From an uncultured Acidobacteriota bacterium (GTDB lineage: Bacteria > Acidobacteriota > Terriglobia > UBA7540): a stretch of DNA of 64,000 bases. Positions within the stretch are counted from its first letter, which is position 1; each line of letters begins with the position of its first letter. Position numbers and translations under genes: made by a program. The notes beneath the pieces were generated by a model, which made no database searches, was not told the DNA's origin, and saw only the letters and a list, made by a program, of their open reading frames with translations. The DNA is taken from positions 832,001-896,000 of the forward strand of contig CAWDSK010000006.1 of NCBI GenBank assembly GCA_963804995.1, given 5' to 3'. Below, one piece after another: positions 61,852 to 64,000 of this stretch.

Positions 61852-62242
61852 GGTTGCCGGTCGCGAAATTGCCCGTCCCATTTTGCCACGATTTGGGTCA
61901 CGAGGATTTTTGGTGGGACTAGGGCCGCTACGCCCCTGTAAGAGTAACATCTGGGACATCCGTGAGGGCCATAATGTCCGATGGAGTCGGGTCTTCACTC
62001 CTGACTTGAGTGGCAAGTGAGCCCGCCGTGGCGGTGGGTTTCGGCATACGGGATACGGAGTTCGGGAGACGGGTTTCGGGATTCGGGACTAACTGTTGGT
62101 TGTCGGCTGTAAGCTGTAAGCTCCCACGCTCCCTTCCTGCCGCGCGATCATGTCCGCAAACAACGGACTTATTGTCATCATCCAACTCTTGGTTTGCCCT
62201 ACTGCATAAACCCCAACCCTAACAAATAAAACAATTACATCT

Positions 62243-62258
62243 TGGCGATTGAGTTGCA
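62243..62258 (+). promoter_or_regulatory. Putative sigma54 promoter
   Basis: TGGCGATTGAGTTGCA (GG-N10-GC) preceded by an AT-rich tract. Confidence 0.45.
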
Positions 62259-62456
62259 GCAGAGTCGTTTATGACAAGTGTCATCGACACTCATCTTGAG
62301 ACCCTGTTACGGTCATTGCTTGCGTCGGGTCTTGGGTATTGGAGACTGATCGTGGGGCCGCCTGGAACCCGCCGAGCCTCATTGCTGTCCCGGACGATGA
62401 GGTACCGCCAAACCGTATCCTCTCCTCCGAGTCCTCTGACCAGGGTTGTGTCACCG

Positions 62457-63896
62457 ATGGGCCAAATTGCACGAGCCTCGCGCCTGATTTTTGTCGCCGC
62501 AGGGGTATGGCTGGTGGTGATGTCAATCCCACGTTGTGCAGCCGCTCAAGCGGGCAGTGCGACAGCGCAGCCCGACCTCGTCATCGTGGAAGCGCCCGTG
62601 GTGCACACTGGGGCACTCGCGAATCGATTCCCTCAAGGGAGCTGCCTGGTACGACTCGCGCAGAAAGGCGCCGCTCCCCTCAACTTGACTCCGGACTTCA
62701 ATGCCGCTTCCGACCCACGCATCTCCTTTGATGGCCTTCGCGTGCTCTTCGCGGGAAAGAGGTCACCGGACGCGCGCTGGCAGATCTGGGAGATGAACGT
62801 CGACGGTACGGGCCAGCGCCAAGTCACCCACTGCACGGACGATTGCTTGCAGCCCGCCTACCTGCCGCGTGGCGAGATAGTCTTCACAGTCGTTTCAGCA
62901 CGCACCACGGGAGCAACTTCGCAGATCTGGGTGTCGAAGGTGGATGGTTCTGACGCCCATCCCATCACCTTTGGGCCAGGTGACTTCCAAGTGGAGACGG
63001 TCCTGAAGAACGGCACGATTCTGACCAGCGCGCGTTCGCCATTGCTTCCCGCCAACGGTCAGCCGGCTGACCGCGAGCTTTACACTCTACGGCCTGACGG
63101 TAGCGGCCTGGCAACGTTGCGCTGCGATCACGAGCACCCCGCAATCCGCAGCCAGGCGGAAGAAATAGACGATGGCTCAGTGGTATTCGTGAAGAGCCCG
63201 CTCCAAGGCGCGAGCTTGGGGGGCGAGCTTGCCTGGATTCGCCGGGGCGCCGTCCACAACGCTTCCCTCACGCCGCCGCAGATCTATGTTTCGTCACCGC
63301 AGCCGCTCTCGGCAGAGGAGCTGGTTGTCGCGCACGAACCGAGTGCAGGCGGCCCGTCGGGAATGAAGCTTGCGCTCTATTCATTTGACACGGCAGACCA
63401 AAAGTTCGGCGCTTTGATCTACCGAGACCCGAAACTCGCCAGCGTCGCCGCCGTACCGGTGGCTGCCCACGAGCCGCCGCGCTGGTATTGGACCACGCTC
63501 AATCCCGCGCTCCAAACGGGCTACTTCGTTTGCCTCGATAGCTACATGGCCCAGGGTGTTCCACACGGGCGGCTCGCGACTGAACTCTCGAAAGTCCGGG
63601 TGCTGACGCTCGACGCCCAAACCCAGCGCGAGGCCAGCCTGGGGGAAGCATCGGTTGAGCGAGACGGTTCGTTCTACATCGCGGTGCCACCTGACCAGCC
63701 CGTGAGATTTGAGCTGCTGGACGGCGCCGGTCGGGTGGTCCGTGCGCAGAAGAGTTGGATCTGGTCGCGTTCCGGCGAAGAGCGAGGCTGCGTGGGCTGC
63801 CACGAAGATCGTGCCCTGGCACCGGAGAATCACTGGCCCCTGGCGCTTCGCCGCTTTGATACGCCCACTCGGTTGGGAGTGGGAAAAGGGAAGTAG
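62457..63896 (+). CDS. Exported TolB-like beta-propeller with hydrazine-synthase-alpha middle-domain-like C-terminus and one c-type heme motif
   Basis: DPRISFDG, WQIWEM, VERDGSF...VP, PVRFELLD, GEERGCVGCHE; start uncertain. Confidence 0.8.
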   Translation: MGQIARASRLIFVAAGVWLVVMSIPRCAAAQAGSATAQPDLVIVEAPVVHTGALANRFPQGSCLVRLAQKGAAPLNLTPDFNAASDPRISFDGLRVLFAGKRSPDARWQIWEMNVDGTGQRQVTHCTDDCLQPAYLPRGEIVFTVVSARTTGATSQIWVSKVDGSDAHPITFGPGDFQVETVLKNGTILTSARSPLLPANGQPADRELYTLRPDGSGLATLRCDHEHPAIRSQAEEIDDGSVVFVKSPLQGASLGGELAWIRRGAVHNASLTPPQIYVSSPQPLSAEELVVAHEPSAGGPSGMKLALYSFDTADQKFGALIYRDPKLASVAAVPVAAHEPPRWYWTTLNPALQTGYFVCLDSYMAQGVPHGRLATELSKVRVLTLDAQTQREASLGEASVERDGSFYIAVPPDQPVRFELLDGAGRVVRAQKSWIWSRSGEERGCVGCHEDRALAPENHWPLALRRFDTPTRLGVGKGK

Positions 63897-64000
63897 GCAG
63901 TAGGCAGTGGGCTGTGGCGGATAGGCGGTAGGTAAAAGCGGAAGGCGATTCCGAGGGAGGGAAGAGCAAGGCAAAAGGCAAAGTGCAAAATGCAAAAGGC

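Noticed and set aside
62457..63896. Evidence for anammox metabolism
   Set aside because: Only a partial HZS-alpha-like domain; no other hzs/hdh genes visible

Overview
64-kb accessory region, probably from an Acidobacteriota (Terriglobia-like) genome. This is an inference from the Oar-type TonB-dependent receptors, CRTAC1/TPR genes and Tat-exported hydrolases. Bases 1-55 kb are a mosaic of nutrient-uptake loci: three TonB receptors, amidohydrolases, GH3, YdjC deacetylase, a heparinase II/III-like lyase, three exported M55 D-aminopeptidases, a dipeptide epimerase and a UGA-containing OsmC. These loci are heavily invaded by mobile DNA: a complete group II intron plus a second intron fragment, several IS481-like (rve) elements and a MITE, IS1380, IS1595 with a passenger gene, IS630, an IS6-like element, a RAYT remnant and two large-serine-recombinase (LSR) elements. 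A 507-bp direct repeat ending in a tRNA-Phe 3' fragment brackets 43.5 kb. From 59 kb the window looks like core genome (ybaK-like, citrate synthase, Crp/Fnr, HZS-alpha-like). Top candidate novel system: a 3.4-kb LSR element that inserts via a 2-bp AA core into a conserved codon stretch of an IS481-like transposase. Its terminal small gene gains an RBS and ATG, hidden in the last codons of the recombinase, only when the element circularises. All calls come from reading the sequence by eye; no database searches were run.
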